Shown piece after piece: positions 26,201 to 39,532 of a DNA stretch of 64,000 nt (position 1 is its first letter; every line of letters starts with the position of its first letter). The position numbers were made by a program, and so were the translations under genes. A model generated the notes under the pieces. That model did no database searches, had not been told where the DNA came from, and worked only from the letters and a program-made list of their open reading frames with translations. The DNA comes from Glaucostegus cemiculus (taxonomy: Eukaryota): assembly GCA_976551045.1 (NCBI GenBank), contig CDPCPM010000007.1:22072001-22136000 (forward strand), given 5' to 3'.

Positions 26201-28494
26201 AAGGCCAATGAAGCAATGAAGATGATGGTAAACTGAGTGGATATAGACTGCTGGCTGATATGGATAGATACGTAGAAGATGTAATTTGATGCAATATGAT
26301 GTAATATTTGATATGTGAAATGTTATATTTTGGTAGGCAGGGGATATGAGGAAGGGGGTAAAGTTCGAGAAGGTATGCTGAAACTGACTTTTTGCATATG
26401 TGAATTAGTCTTTGAAAGTGGCAAGTCAGGTTGAAAATAGAAGCTCATAAAGCTATAAAGACTATGGGAAAAGTTGGCATGTTCTTGTGTACAGTCTTTA
26501 GAAACAGTCAAAATATACAGTCATGATCCATGAAATGGTTTGTGGCAATGACAGATAAAATCACATGCTTTGGATTATGAGACTTCCATCTCTGTGAGGA
26601 AGGTAGAAAGCTGACTTAAATGTTATTGTTTAAGCACAATTGCTGATTGAGTAGACCATTCAATTACCTTCAACATTATAAGGAGGGGCCTGGGTTTATA
26701 GAGGATCCCCATGTCTCCACCAGTCACCTCCATGTACATATCACATGTTGTTACCTGTGAAAGGAAGTGTGAAATGGTTGGGCTGGACCTCACTGCCCTA
26801 GTCTCATTGTCTTACAACCTAGGGTATCTCTTACTATTTTGCCAGCTGCAAAAGCTGTACATACTTTTTACTTTTTCTTGAAATGTCTGTGACATTCAGA
26901 GATAATGAGAAACTGTTAAAAATGACCATAACTTATAAAAATAGTAGATTTTTATTCTTCAACTCAGAATGGAAATTAACTAGCATACCAAAAAAATAAA
27001 TATTTCAAAGCATTAACATACAACAAAATTATTTTTGAAAAGTAACTTATTTTCTCCTTTTCCACCTTATTCTTAGCCACACAATCCCAAATGAAATCAA
27101 CAGGTCTTGGACCAGGTCTAAACTGACAAAGGATTCTAGAACTGATTCCTCTGCAAAATGCTCAGGAACCTCAGCTAGACTGAACTCTTTGGGATCCATG
27201 GGGAAAGAGATCAGCTTCGCTAACTCAATGATCTTCTTGATCAATCTGGAGCAGGTTGTTGGTGCATAATTTGTCACTGCACCAAAATAAGCTAAACAAA
27301 GATGTGGACCTGCAATTTCTCAGAGGCCAAGGCAAGTTGGGTTACAGCATTTTGACAAAGTGCAGAGACAAGGAAAACATACATCATCTGAGATTGCTTT
27401 GCTTAGGAGACAGTGAAGCTGATAGTTGGGTGAAAGGTGTAGCTTAAAGCTATTTAGTTTATTGAGATCTTTGAAAGAAAATCTCAAACCCTAGTTGCTT
27501 TTGTTTTATTCTTAATCTAACTGACCCCTGAATTACTTATATCTTGTTGAAAGACAACATATAACCATATAAAATAGTCAATATAGCCTACGTTCTGCTT
27601 TTTTGCAAAATCAACATTTACAGAACAGTTACTTTCCATATGTTGCAATGTTATTTTTGCACTGCATATTACAACATTCATTTCTTCATTACTTCAGTGG
27701 GATATGATATAACTTTTTATGATGACATTTTTATGTTATAAGCATGCTCTTGGCTTGAATGCATTGCTTGGCCTAATTCTGATGAACCTAAACAGCAGCT
27801 ACTATTTTCTTTAAAGCTCCCAAGATGAAAATTTGGTCGCAGAGCAACCAATCCAGCACTGCTTTCAAAATATTTGAAATATGTCCATGGGTATGAGTCT
27901 CATGCTCTAATTGAAAACATTGCAGGTAATTTTAACCTAATACTTCAAATCAAATGGGGCATAAAATACAGAAAGGGCAATCAATCAGAGGTACCAGAAA
28001 TTTTGTTTCATCATGAGACCAGGAGCATTAACACAAATGTACCAAAATACAGGTGATATGAACTACAACAACATGAAATTCTGTAGTGATTCTCCAGATA
28101 TCCTGCCAGTGGTACCCCAGAAAAGCTGAAAATTGCCATTTAAGCAGTTCCTTCATCAGTTCTCACTATAGGTTATTAAATTCAAAGGTGGCAACAGTGG
28201 GAATTCTTGTAGAAATTTAAGACCAGCATGTGGAGGCTTCTCAATACTCGGTGGTTTTTGAGTAGAATGGGGCAGCCAATGCCTGTGTCCAGTATATCCC
28301 AGCCAAAGCAACTCCAGCAGGACTGTATGAATGCATCTTGGATGGCAAAAACTTGCGTTACAAATTTATACTTCGCAGGTTGACTAAGCTTGGAAACATC
28401 TGATAAAAATCTGACATCCATAGTGTTGAGCATGATGCGTGGTATTTTTTGCTTTTAATTTGTATTTATTTTATGATGGTGAAATTAGGGAGGG

Positions 28495-30023
28495 ATGAGT
28501 TGATATTCTAGGGCATGTTGATGTTAGGAAGGAGGAGGTGTTGTGTGTATTGAGAAACATTAAGGTGGATACGTCCCCAGGCCAGGGCCTGATAGAATCT
28601 ATCCCAGGATACTGAGGGAGGAGATTTCTGGGGCCTTGACTGAGTAGTTGCATCCTCTTTAGCCACAAGTGAGGTCCCGTAAGACTGGAGAATATCAAAC
28701 GTTGTCCTGTTAATCAAGAAAGGCAACAGGGACAAACTAGAAAATTATAGGCCAGTGAGCCTTACATCAACGGTGGGGAAATTATTGGAGAAGATTATTA
28801 GAGGCAGGATTTACCTTAATTTTGAAAAGTATGGACTTATTAGGGAAAGATGGCATGGCTTTGTGAAGGGGAAGTCCTGTCTCACAAATTTGGTGAGCTT
28901 TTTGAGGAGGTAACAAAAATGATTGATGAGGGTAGGGCAGTGGACGTTGTCTACATGGACTTTAGTAAAGCTTTTGACAAGGTCCCTCATGGTAGGCTGA
29001 TCCAAAAGATTAAGGTAATTAAGGTACATAGGCTTCATGGAGACTTGGTAGACCAGATTAAAAATTGGCTTGGCCATAGAAGACAGGGGGTAGTGGTGGA
29101 GGGGTGTTATTTTGACTTGGAAGTCTGTGACCAGTGGTGTTCCACAGGGATCAGTGCTGGGACCTCTATTGTTTGTGATATTGTACATATACACATGATC
29201 TGAATGAAAATGTAGGTAGGCTGATAAGCAGTTTATCAGTTAACATGAAAATTACAGGATTTGTGGATAGCGAGGAAGGATTGCCAGATAATACAGCAGG
29301 TTATAGATTGGTTGAAAGTTGGGCAGAGAAATGGCAGATAGAGTTTAATCCAGACGAGTGTGAGGTACTGTACTTTGGGAGGTCAAATGCAGGAAAGTAT
29401 ACAGTAAATGGCAAAACCCTTAAATGCATTGATGTACCATGGGGTCTTGGGGTACAAGTCCATAGCTCCCTGAAAGTGGCAACAAAGGTGGATAAGTTAG
29501 TAAAGAAAGCATATGGCATGCTTGCCTTCATCAGTCAGAGTGTTGAGTATAAATGTTGAGAAGTCATGTAGCAGCTGTACAAAACTTTAGTTAGGCCACA
29601 TCTGGATTACTGTGTGCAGTTCTGGTTGCCACGCTATAGGAAGGATGTTGGATAGAAGTATATAAAATTATGAGAGGCAAGGATAAGGTAGGTACTCATA
29701 GTCATCTTTTTCCACATGGTGGATAGGTCAAATAAGAGAAGGTATAGGTTTCAGGTGAGAAGGATAAAATTTAAAGAGAATTTGCAAGGCAAGTTTTTTT
29801 ACTCAGGGAGAGGTAGGTGCCTCAAACATATTGCCACTGGAGCTGGTAGAACCAGATACATTGGCAACGTTTAAGAGGCATTTAGCTGGGGACATGAACA
29901 GGCAGGGAGTCGAGGGATATGGACCATGCACAGGAAGATGGGTTTAGTTTAGATTGGTATCATGGTTCATGTAGACATAGTGGACTGAAGGGCCCATTCC
30001 AATGCTGTATTGTTCTATGTTCT
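28495..30023 (+). mobile_element. CR1/HER1 LINE, 5'-truncated, disabled RT
   Basis: NYRPVSLTS; IDEGRAVDVVYMDFSKAFDKVPHGRL; WAEKWQIEFNPDECEVLYFG; tail gtggactgaagggcc...gttctatgttct; frameshifts and an internal deletion near 29650. Confidence 0.95.
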
Positions 30024-30986
30024 TCTCCTGTTTTGGCATTTTACCCCTGAATATAGATTGGAAGTTTGTTCCATTTCTACTGCAAATACTTTGAAAACGG
30101 GTGCCTAGAAACCAGGTTCCACCCACTTTTGTTGTGATTCAGATGTTCTGAGTGTTCATGCCCATTCCAAAATCTTCCATGAAATTGGATCAAAATCCAT
30201 TAACGGCATTGCTGTAGGTCTCAGATCACAGTTAGGTCACACTGGATAAGGAAAACAAATATCCTTCCACAAAGAACATTTAGTAAACCTCTTTAGGTCT
30301 TCACAACAATCTAGCATATTTCATGGCCAGCATCATTGCATGATCTATTTATTTCAAATTTACTTAATACTGTAAAAAGAATGAGTAGAGAATGTTATTA
30401 CTAGACCACTTTTATAACAAAGATTTTGGGAAATTAATCATGCTGTTATAGCTTGAACATGGCACAAAATGTGGCTATAGAGAGATAATGTTGCCTGTTG
30501 CAGAATGTAAATGTTCCTATTGGGTACTGTTATCTTAGATTTATAGGCTTGTTAAAGGATAGCTTATAACATTATCACTTCCACAAAAGTGTCCATTCTA
30601 TTACCACTCCACATCATTAACTTCAGTGGACAGATAGAACAATCTTTTTAAGGTTATCAAACAACAGATTCTGGACTTCTTAATATTTTAGGGCCAAGAG
30701 CATCTTCTAAGATTTCATTTTTTAACATTTCAATTAATTCTGGATTAAAGCCTCAATAATGCCAATTTGTAATGAGCAAACTAACCAAATAGATATGCAT
30801 TACTTGAAGTTATTATTTGCACCATTTATTTTATTTATTTATTTCCCCTTAAAGATCCACCACCCATTATGGAGAGGATGAAAGCCAATCAGATGTTTCA
30901 GAGGTTCACACATTTCATCTGAAACACAGTCTGCTGATTCTCCTTCATCCAGCATCTTCAGAATATATATCCTTTTCTTGTAATTA

Positions 30987-31740
30987 TAGAATCATAGAAA
31001 CCAGAGGACAAAGACCAGCCCTTTCACCCCACCTTTTCCTTGCTGACCATAAAACCCATCCGCGCTCATTCCATTTGGCTCATATCCTTTTACACCTTTC
31101 CTATCTGAGTACCTGCCCCAATACCATTAAACATTGTTCCTATTTCTTCCAGCACTGCCTCCTCTGGCAGCCCATTCCAGATATTCACCATCACTTGTGA
31201 ATGATGGTGAACTGGATCTCCTTTAAAATTCCCCCCTCGTACATTAAACCTGTGCCCTCTAGTTCTAGACTCTCTTGCTCTGGAGAAAGAAAGATTATGA
31301 CTATCTATTCTATCTATATCCCTCATAATTTTATAAACCTCTATAAGGACACCCCTCAGCCTCCCACGTTCTAGTGAGAATAAGTCCAGCCTTTCCAATT
31401 TCTCCTCATAACTGCAGCCTTCCATTCCAGGCATATTGAGGTGAATCTCTTCTGCATGCTTTCTATTGCTACCATATCCTTCTGTTAGTGTGGTGACCAG
31501 AACACACTTAAATACAGTCTAACCAATGTTTTGTAAACTGCAACATGACCTTCTAACTCTTATACTCAAAGCCTTGGGCTGTGAAGGTAAGCATACCAAA
31601 TGCCCTTTTCACTATTCTGTCAGCCTGTGTTGCCACTTTTAGGAAGCTATGGACTTGCACCTCAAGGTCTCTCTGTTAATCAACACTTCTAAGGTCCTTT
31701 TCATTTACTCTTTATGCCCTACTAGAATGTGACTTCCAGT
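30987..31740 (-). mobile_element. CR1/HER1 LINE 3' portion
   Basis: ORF 31090-31434: MPGMEGCSYEEKLERLDLFSLERGRLRGVLIEVYKIM...SRTRGH; atagaatcataga tail. Confidence 0.92.
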
Positions 31741-32021
31741 TTTCTGGATTAATCTGGAAACAAAGCCAAGATATGTTCTAGTTGGTTAACACCAACTAAG
31801 TTTCAGCAGAGTGTGCAACAACATGAGTTAACAGCTTATTTTTTATTCCAGAAGAAATGTTCTAAATAGCTTAACTCCAGCATTTCATTTAATTCGTCCA
31901 ATCAACTTGCCACCAGAAATAACAATGGGGGACATCAGTGAAGGGAAGTATTTCTTTCTAAGTCCAGAGGACCCCTCTTTTATCTCCACCAGGAAAGTGA
32001 AAGAAAAGGTGAAACACTTGA

Positions 32022-32217
32022 AGTAAAAGCAGAAAATGCTGGAAACAGCAGATCAGGCAGCATCTGTGGAAAGGGAAACATTTAGTGTTTCAGGACTGGT
32101 ACCCTTTATCAGACCCTTCACCCAGTTCTAACAACCTTGAAGATTAATGCTGTTTCTCTTTCCACAGAGGCTGCCTGACCTGCTGAGTGCTTCCGGCATT
32201 TTCTGTTTTCATTTCAG
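32022..32217. repeat. Palindromic (fold-back) element made of two inverted Penelope termini
   Basis: aaaagcagaaaatgctggaa..cagcagatcaggcagcatctgtggaaag ... ctttccacagaggctgcctgacctgctg..ttccggcattttctgtttt; arms are reverse complements. Confidence 0.85.
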
Positions 32218-32394
32218 ATCTTCAGTGACTTTATTTTTTTATATATTTTCAAGGTGAAAAGATAACCTTTTATAACCTCTTCCAGTAAAAAACTCATTGC
32301 TGGGTCTATCAGCTCAGACGGCTGAATTACAATTACTTTGTCCTTTGGCACTGGCGAGGTGTTCTCACCACTTACTCTGTCAGGAAGCATGATA

Positions 32395-32735
32395 GCATTG
32401 CAGTATGCTATTGGTCTAAAGGCCCAGACTGATGCTAGTGAAACATCAGTTCAACTCTTACAGATGACAGCTGGGGAATTTAAATTCAAGCAAGTAAATA
32501 AAAAAAAGCGATTTGGAATATAAAGTTAGTACCAGTAGTGTTGATCATATAGCTGCTAGTTTTTGTCATTAGAAGCCCATCTGGTTCACTAATCCACAAA
32601 AGGAAGGAAGTCTGTTGTCTTTATCCAACCTAGCCCAGTTCTGACCCCTGGTCCATCAATTTGGTTGACTCTAAATGGCCCTCTAAATGTGCTAGCAAGC
32701 TCTTCTGTTTGGGGGCAATTAGCAATGGACAATCT
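32395..32735 (+). mobile_element. Ancient tRNA-derived SINE
   Basis: gacagctggggaatttaaattcaa; cccatctggttcactaat; ggaaggaagtctg; ggttgactct; gggcaattag tail. Confidence 0.6.
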
Positions 32736-33189
32736 TTGAATTTGCTGCACATAGTTTATCAGTGATTACATTTTCTTAAAAAAATGTTGAACTGATTAAA
32801 GTACCGACTGGTTGTTTCTCAGAAGGCTTCAGTGTAGGTGATTTAATAAGAATGGCTTTAGCTGTCTCATTTGGTAGATAGGATCAAAACTGTACTCTTA
32901 TTTTTTTCCTAAGGATATATTGCAGTGTTCAATATTTCATAGTAATCAGTTTGCATTTTAGAAGCAGCTACTAGTTATGTTCAATATTGTACAGTGAATG
33001 GAGAAGTAACTCAGAATGGAGTTCCACTTTTTATTCAACTTTTTTCTTGGATAAAGCAAAAGAAGGAAAAACTATATTTAAAATAAATTTCACTTCTGGA
33101 TAGCAACATACCATTAGATCTCCTTTTTAATGCAAAACTAATAAATACTTCTTATCTTTATCTTTTTCTTCTTGTGTTCATTCATCAGC

Positions 33190-33800
33190 AATTGGTTTCT
33201 CCACTGATGAGTACCAAAAAAGATTATGAGATGCCGCATCAAGGTCCAAACCATGTATGTCCTTCCCTGAGCAGTGAGTTGTCTAAAATGTGTGGCATGG
33301 ACCCACCATGATTGCAAGTCTTGGGTATTGTAGTAGAGACCCATTTCATTATGTTGGCTATTGACTTGGGTACAGAGGCTGCTTAGGGCTTTCTAGGTGG
33401 TCCACTTTTGTGCCCTTGTTCAGTTTCTGTAATGCCCAAGTAAACCCCATTGCCAAAGCCTTTGACTCATTCCTGCCACAGTTCCTCATGAGTAATCACA
33501 GCAGATCTGTTGACTACATACTTTGTGCTGAAGGTTCTCCTAAGCAGGTTCAGATGTTTTTCTGCTATGATTGTGACCCTGCAGTGGGTGTATGGAATCC
33601 ACTGCTTATTTTCTCCTATTTCTTTGGCTGTCCAAGCTCTCTGGATGGCAGGTGGTGCTGTTCAAGCAAGGATATGCAAGCACTTGATGCTCTTTGATTT
33701 AAGGCAGCCATGCCTTAATTCTGCAGTGTCATTCAGCATCAGGTCTTTTTTGTTGTGTGGCAGTCCATATTTGGCACCGAAGTAACATAGAGTGAATGTA
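33190..33800 (-). mobile_element. Highly degraded RTE LINE remnant
   Basis: Minus strand LLRCQIWT (resembles LLYGCETWT) and LEQHHL (resembles LE.FH). Confidence 0.45.
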
Positions 33801-36800
33801 GATGTTATAAACATGATTCAAACCATTTGCCTATAGCTTTTTGATACTGGCTTTTGCATATTTAGATTATAGGTCATGATACCCTAATAGAACTTTAAAT
33901 TGGTGCATTCATATTATTAATTCAAGTTAGGTAGACAGGAAAATTATTTGTATGATATGCAACCACATGCATATTCAGAGTATCAGCCAACTAGTATTTC
34001 TGATTTTTTTAACCTTTACACAAGATTTTCCAACTCAAAATAAATAGGCATCATCAAATTGGAAATTAAAATGGCACATTTCCCACAACAAAGCTTCAAT
34101 ATTTTCTTTGCTTCCATCTGAAAATCACATTGTCACTTCCTTATCAATCACTTAGTTGAGAAGGTTAACGACTGAGTCCGTTTTGAGGATCCTGGTGCGA
34201 GACTAACCATGACTGCTCATAATAGCATCCCATCAGCTGGTGCTGCTTCTTCACTTCCAAGAAGTAGTTACGTACATTATTCAGCAGAGGACCCAATATC
34301 CTGAGTGGGTAAACCTACTTAAATCCTACCTACAGTTTTAGTTTAAAAAAATGACTATAAGAAGAGGTGGGCATTTTTGTAGACCAAATCTGTGAAAGAT
34401 TTCAGAATAGTTGAAGGTGTTCATGAAAATGGCTGCATTCACATTAAGACACACGTGAGGAAATGAGTGTTCATCCAATGGCACCCTATGTCATGGGAAG
34501 CCTAAAATTTATGCCTAGCTCTGTGCTTGCTTCATGTGTTTGTTTCTGGGATCAGGAAACGAGATGAAATAATTGTCTCTCTGATCATGGAAAGCCTCAT
34601 TGACTTGCTTATGCAGCAATTTACAGCAAGCTGAGAGATGTTGCTTATGTCTCTGGCAGCAGCTTGAAGGGAAGATACATAAAAGTTAAGAGCCACTGTG
34701 ACCCTGACAGTCACATAAAATGCCATTCTAGCCTTGGTTTTATACCATCAAAAGTGTATATTAGCTCCCAATCATACTGATCCCTGTACAAAATGTAAAC
34801 TTCAAGGAAGAATGGGAGACCTCCAAAATACTTACAAATGTGACAACAGCCATATGAAATAATCCAGTAACTAACCAGTGAGTAATTTATTATTTCCTTA
34901 AGTAAAGCTAATGGGGATACTTCATGTCTTTTAGTGTCACATTTAGCTGTGTACAGTTAAGACACAGCATAAGCTGGAACATAGTCTGCACACTGATTAT
35001 ATGCCAGCAGCTGTTAAATGCACACAAGCAAACGCCTTCTTCAAGCTGGCATCCCAAGTACTTCCCATTTGAAATGTGCATGCAAATCATGGAGCCTTTT
35101 TTTGAACATTAGGAGGTTATATAATGACTAATAACAAACTGCACATAATCCTATTTCTCCATTTTTTATTTTTAAGGTGTAAATAACAATATAGTAAGCA
35201 TGGGAGAAGTTCAAGCATACTATATTTTGGCAGCATCTACAAGCAGATGTGTTTATATGATAGTTAAAACACATCATTAATGGTAAAAGACCTCTTTCAG
35301 GCAGAGTACAACTAATGCATTTATCAGTTTTAATCTGCTCTTTTAGCACTGTGTAAACACTGGGAGAATTCTGCCCTGATTAAAAAGTGCAGTGAAAAGT
35401 TGCAATGGTTATGTATGGATAACTGTTGCAGATATCATGCAGTGTAGGTGATGAGATTAATCTCTAACTTCTCAGATCCATGAACTCTATGGCTTTCTAT
35501 GGCCCACTAATGTAGTAAAGAGTTAGCACAATGACTGGTTCTGAATAATTTGCTAAAAGTTGTGGTGTTGCTCTATTCTGTTTCATCAATAGTTCTGACA
35601 AGAGCAGCCAAAGCTGTTACTAATGTTTTTCAAGAGCCCTTACAACATTGACAAGATAGTTGCCCACACTCTATCAGCAATTTGATAAAGTTATTTCAAA
35701 TATCTTTCTTCTAAAGCAGAATTTGATTTAGAAGTATTGTGCTGTTATTGGAGATAAAGCAGGTAAACAGATAAATAATGGGGTATCACATTATATATTT
35801 GATTATTCTGTCACAGGTGAATTATTGCACATGAATTTGTTGTGAAAATTAGCACCTTCACTTCAGATACTAAACAATAAAACAATATCTAATTACTAAT
35901 ATCATTACAATTCTTCTAGGTTTACATTTGATTGAAATTAACCAGCTCCCGGTGATTGAAAATCAGACAGGGAGTAACTGTACAGTTTACCTGCCTGAAT
36001 CAACCATAAAGGCAGCCTTTTATATTGGTGCTTGGAAGTCCAATAAGCAAACCTGACCCCTATCCCAGTCACATGACTCCAGTTGTGACTTACAACTTTG
36101 ATAAGCATGGAGGAGGCAGGATGGCTTCATTTTCTCCAAACGTTCAGTGGTCCTTCAGAAAGAATGCTGAAGACCATTCCCTATAGCTTTTTTGTTCAGT
36201 TTCTTTTGAAGCCAAATTGACTAAGGAAGATCCTCCAGCCTCCACATTATTTTTTTTCTTTTTCACTGCTGCTGCCCCCTTCTCTTCTGTGCTTTTCTTA
36301 ATTTTGTCTTATCATTTAGCTGGACCCATAGAATAATGGGCTGATTTTCTTCCTGATCAAAATGGAGAGCTGAATTGGTGCATCTACCTGATATCTGCAG
36401 CTGTTGAAGAGTGAAATCTGAACCAGAGAGTGGATTAAACCATCTCGAAAACCATTGTGCACTCAATGAAATTGGTAACCAAACCAAAAGTCTATACATC
36501 ATTTTGTTGATCATTAAGGATTAAAATAAATGGGCTTAAACGGCTTTTAAATGCTCCGACACTTATTCAGGGTGAAGGTGAAAACTGGTGGGAAGACTAA
36601 AGTCCGGAGAGAACAAACCATTCATGAAGGTTTCTGCAGCATACCAGTGAGGCAGAGACCCGTCAAAGTATAGGGATGGGTCAGAAGTTCAACTCTGGAC
36701 CAAATAGTACACTGAAGCTGCAGACTGTCAGCTGCTACTTGAAACATTAGCGTGGGAGAAATGATGGGATTAGTGGTAAGAGTTTGAGACAGGCTCCTGA

Positions 36801-37279
36801 GTTAGTCGCCTTGATCTCTTGGTACTTAACTGGAAACAATTCTAAACTAAGCTGCCTCTGGGAAACCCAAAGAGATCATGTGGAATGTTATAATTTTTTC
36901 TGCTTAATTTTAATATCTGTTCAATTTAACCATTCACATGGATTTGCATCCAGCAATTTAGATTAAAATTTTCCTCATTAAGGTGTGTCATCAAGGGACA
37001 ACATAAAGATGAGGAAGGAAGACCCCAGGATAATTCTTTCTGGAATGAATTTACATACAGCACTGGAACTGCTCTGGCTGGAGGCTAATTACAACAATAA
37101 TGATTTTGTCTTTTCTAATCTCTATTGAATATCTGCTGTGTTTAATCTAAATTTCTCCAGCCTTTATACCTCAGAAACCAGAGATTATTAAGCAAGGGTT
37201 TCTAGGAAAGTAAGTAACTGATGCTTGCAGAATATGCCTGTGTCACAGCAGAACTATATGCAATACCTGAATCTTAATT

Positions 37280-37527
37280 ATTTTTTAAAATTTTATTTAC
37301 AGCGTGGTAACAGGCCCTTTCGGCCCAACGAGTCCGCGCCACCCATTTTAAACCCCCAAATTAACCTACCCATACGTCTTTTAGAATGTGGAAGGAAACT
37401 GGAGCTCCCGGAGGAAACCCACGCAGACACGGGAGAACGTACAAACTCCTTACAGTCAGCGACGGGAATCGAACCCCGATCGCTGGCGCTGTAACAACAT
37501 CGCGCTAACCGCTACGCTATCATGCCG
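37280..37527 (-). mobile_element. Young HE1-like tRNA-derived SINE with CR1/HER1-type tail
   Basis: Intact A box TAGCGTAGCGG (37519-37509) and B box GGTTCGATTCC (37475-37465); body gtgggtttcctccggg; tail ggccgaaagggcctgttacc; CpG-rich. Confidence 0.92.
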
Positions 37528-37727
37528 ATATCTTCACTAATTGAACCCTTTTAATCTTAATGGCATACCAGTTAAGTACAGGATTTTGGAGAATCTGCAG
37601 AAAACCAAAATTAAAATTTCTCTGCATGATAATGTTATTGAAAAAGGTTATAAATAAAGATGTTGCCATTAAATGCCTTTTGTTCATGCAATGAAACAAC
37701 ATAAATAAACTTATTCATATTTCCTTA

Positions 37728-38035
37728 CAACATAGAAGGAAGCCATTGAGCCTACTGAATCTATGCCAAATCACAGAGCAAACACATTCCCCATGTAACC
37801 TATTCTCCCCACATTTCTATCAATCTCTATCAGATTCTACCACTCATTGACATACTGGGGCCAATTAATCTTCCAACCAGTGGACATGGACAGAAACTGG
37901 TGCACCTGGGGGAAATGCATTTGTTACAGGCAGAACATATAAGGTCAACATAGTCAGCACCAGAGACCAAAATAGAACCAGATTAACTGAATCTATGAGG
38001 CAGCAGTTCTACTGGCTACACCGTTGTGCCACACT
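37728..38035 (-). mobile_element. Older HE1-related SINE
   Basis: catagaaggaagccattgagcc tail; gaaactggtgcacctggggga body; gctacaccgttgtgcc head. Confidence 0.65.
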
Positions 38036-38129
38036 TTGGGATCATGTGGAATGCTAATTTTTTTCTAGCACTTAGTGATGTTTAGCAGAATGCTGAAGTT
38101 CATCCTGCCTAGTGAAACAAAAGACAAAA

Positions 38130-38300
38130 CACTGCTGATGCCTGAAATCTCAAACACAAAGGAAATATTGCTGGGAATATCCAGCATGACAGGAAACATC
38201 TGTGGAGAGAGGTAGAATATTCTGAGGATGCATTAGACTGGGATTGTGTGTCTAATCTTGTCTCCATCAGATGCAAATGATTCTGTCTTCTGTTTCCAGC
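38130..38300. repeat. Degraded fold-back Penelope-terminus element
   Basis: tgctgggaatatccagcatgacaggaaacatctgtggagag ... tctccatcagatgc...gtttccagc. Confidence 0.5.
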
Positions 38301-39049
38301 TTTTGAGTTCTGACTGGTCCTTGATTTTTCTAAATTATGTTAATGAATTTCCTGTTCGGATTAATAGATTTTTCTTTGAATGCTGGCTAGAGTTCCTTCG
38401 TATTCTTTACATAAAATGACTGTAAAGTCTAGTCAGGTGATACCAAACCTTTTTAGGTGTAATCCATACTTTCCATATTATAATATCACATTTTTTATGT
38501 AAGGGGTTGAGAAAGCATCCAATCATCCAACACTATACAAAAGTGATATGCTGTCTGTAGTAGTCATTTCCTTCTGCCCACTGTGATTACAAGAAGAGGG
38601 CAGATTCTTGTCATGGAAGTAAATTTGGCAACTCTTACAAATTGGGTGGGTTAACTAAAAACAGCCTTGAAATTAGTCTTTTTTTCCCAGAAGTCATTTT
38701 GCAACCAAAATGTTTTTACACAATATTTCTACTGAGCCACATGAACATTAAACTCTAAAGGGCTTGTGCTGTCCCTTTTTGCCTTAGCCCACAGGACCCT
38801 CCCACCAGTGCTAGGCCCAGTGGAGGCCAGGTTATCCCAGCATCAAACCACTCCATCTAATGACAGGTACTACCATATCCTCCTCGTGGGAGTCAGTGGG
38901 TTGTCAGGAGCAGCAGACTGCAGTCTGTATGGTTCTCATAACAAAAGAGGTAGCTTCAGACCAGTGGAGTATTGGTAGGAGGAACCCACTAAAGACACCT
39001 GAGAGCAGCTTCCTGCTGATGAGAGATCCAATCCCTCGTGATGGATGGT

Positions 39050-39115
39050 TGATAGTTGGCACAGGTTTGATGGGCCAAAGGGCCTGTTTCTATGCTGTAC
39101 CTCTTTGACTCCATA
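39050..39115 (+). mobile_element. CR1 3' tail fragment
   Basis: ggcacaggtttgatgggccaaagggcctgtttctatgctgtacctctttgactc; short antisense tails also at ~48272-48335 and ~55700-55750. Confidence 0.7.
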
Positions 39116-39532
39116 AGGGAACTGGAGTGATACAGTAACATGTGGAATCCTTCAGTCTCATTCTTTAAACCTTGTCATTACATGGAGCTCCATCCACCCC
39201 ACCATCTTGACCCTGTTTCAGGGCAGGGAGAGAATGAGAAATAAGGCCCACTTTAATTCTTGTTGTGGCCTTTAAAGGATTTTAAGTTCAGACGAAGAGT
39301 TACCACATACTTTCAAAGCTCCCTTTTTAATCTCTTTTTATAAAGCTATTAACCTTTCTTCATAGATATTATGGTACATTAAATGAAGCACCTAGGTTTA
39401 TTAACATAATAACCCAACATGCATTTTATTTATTTAATACAGTTAGTTAACTTTTAGCCTTATTTGCCAGTATCTAGCTATTTTTCTTAAAAGTAAAGGT
39501 TTTAACAGGAATTTTCAGTCGGATGCTGGAAA

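Noticed and set aside
5454-34300. Single antisense coding gene joining the candidates at 34300-34208, ~27250-27066 and 5500-5454
   Set aside because: Phase-compatible joins from the first candidate create TG+A = TGA, and no coherent protein emerges.
37440-37527. tRNA gene
   Set aside because: The A and B boxes belong to a SINE head that continues into the SINE body and LINE-derived tail.
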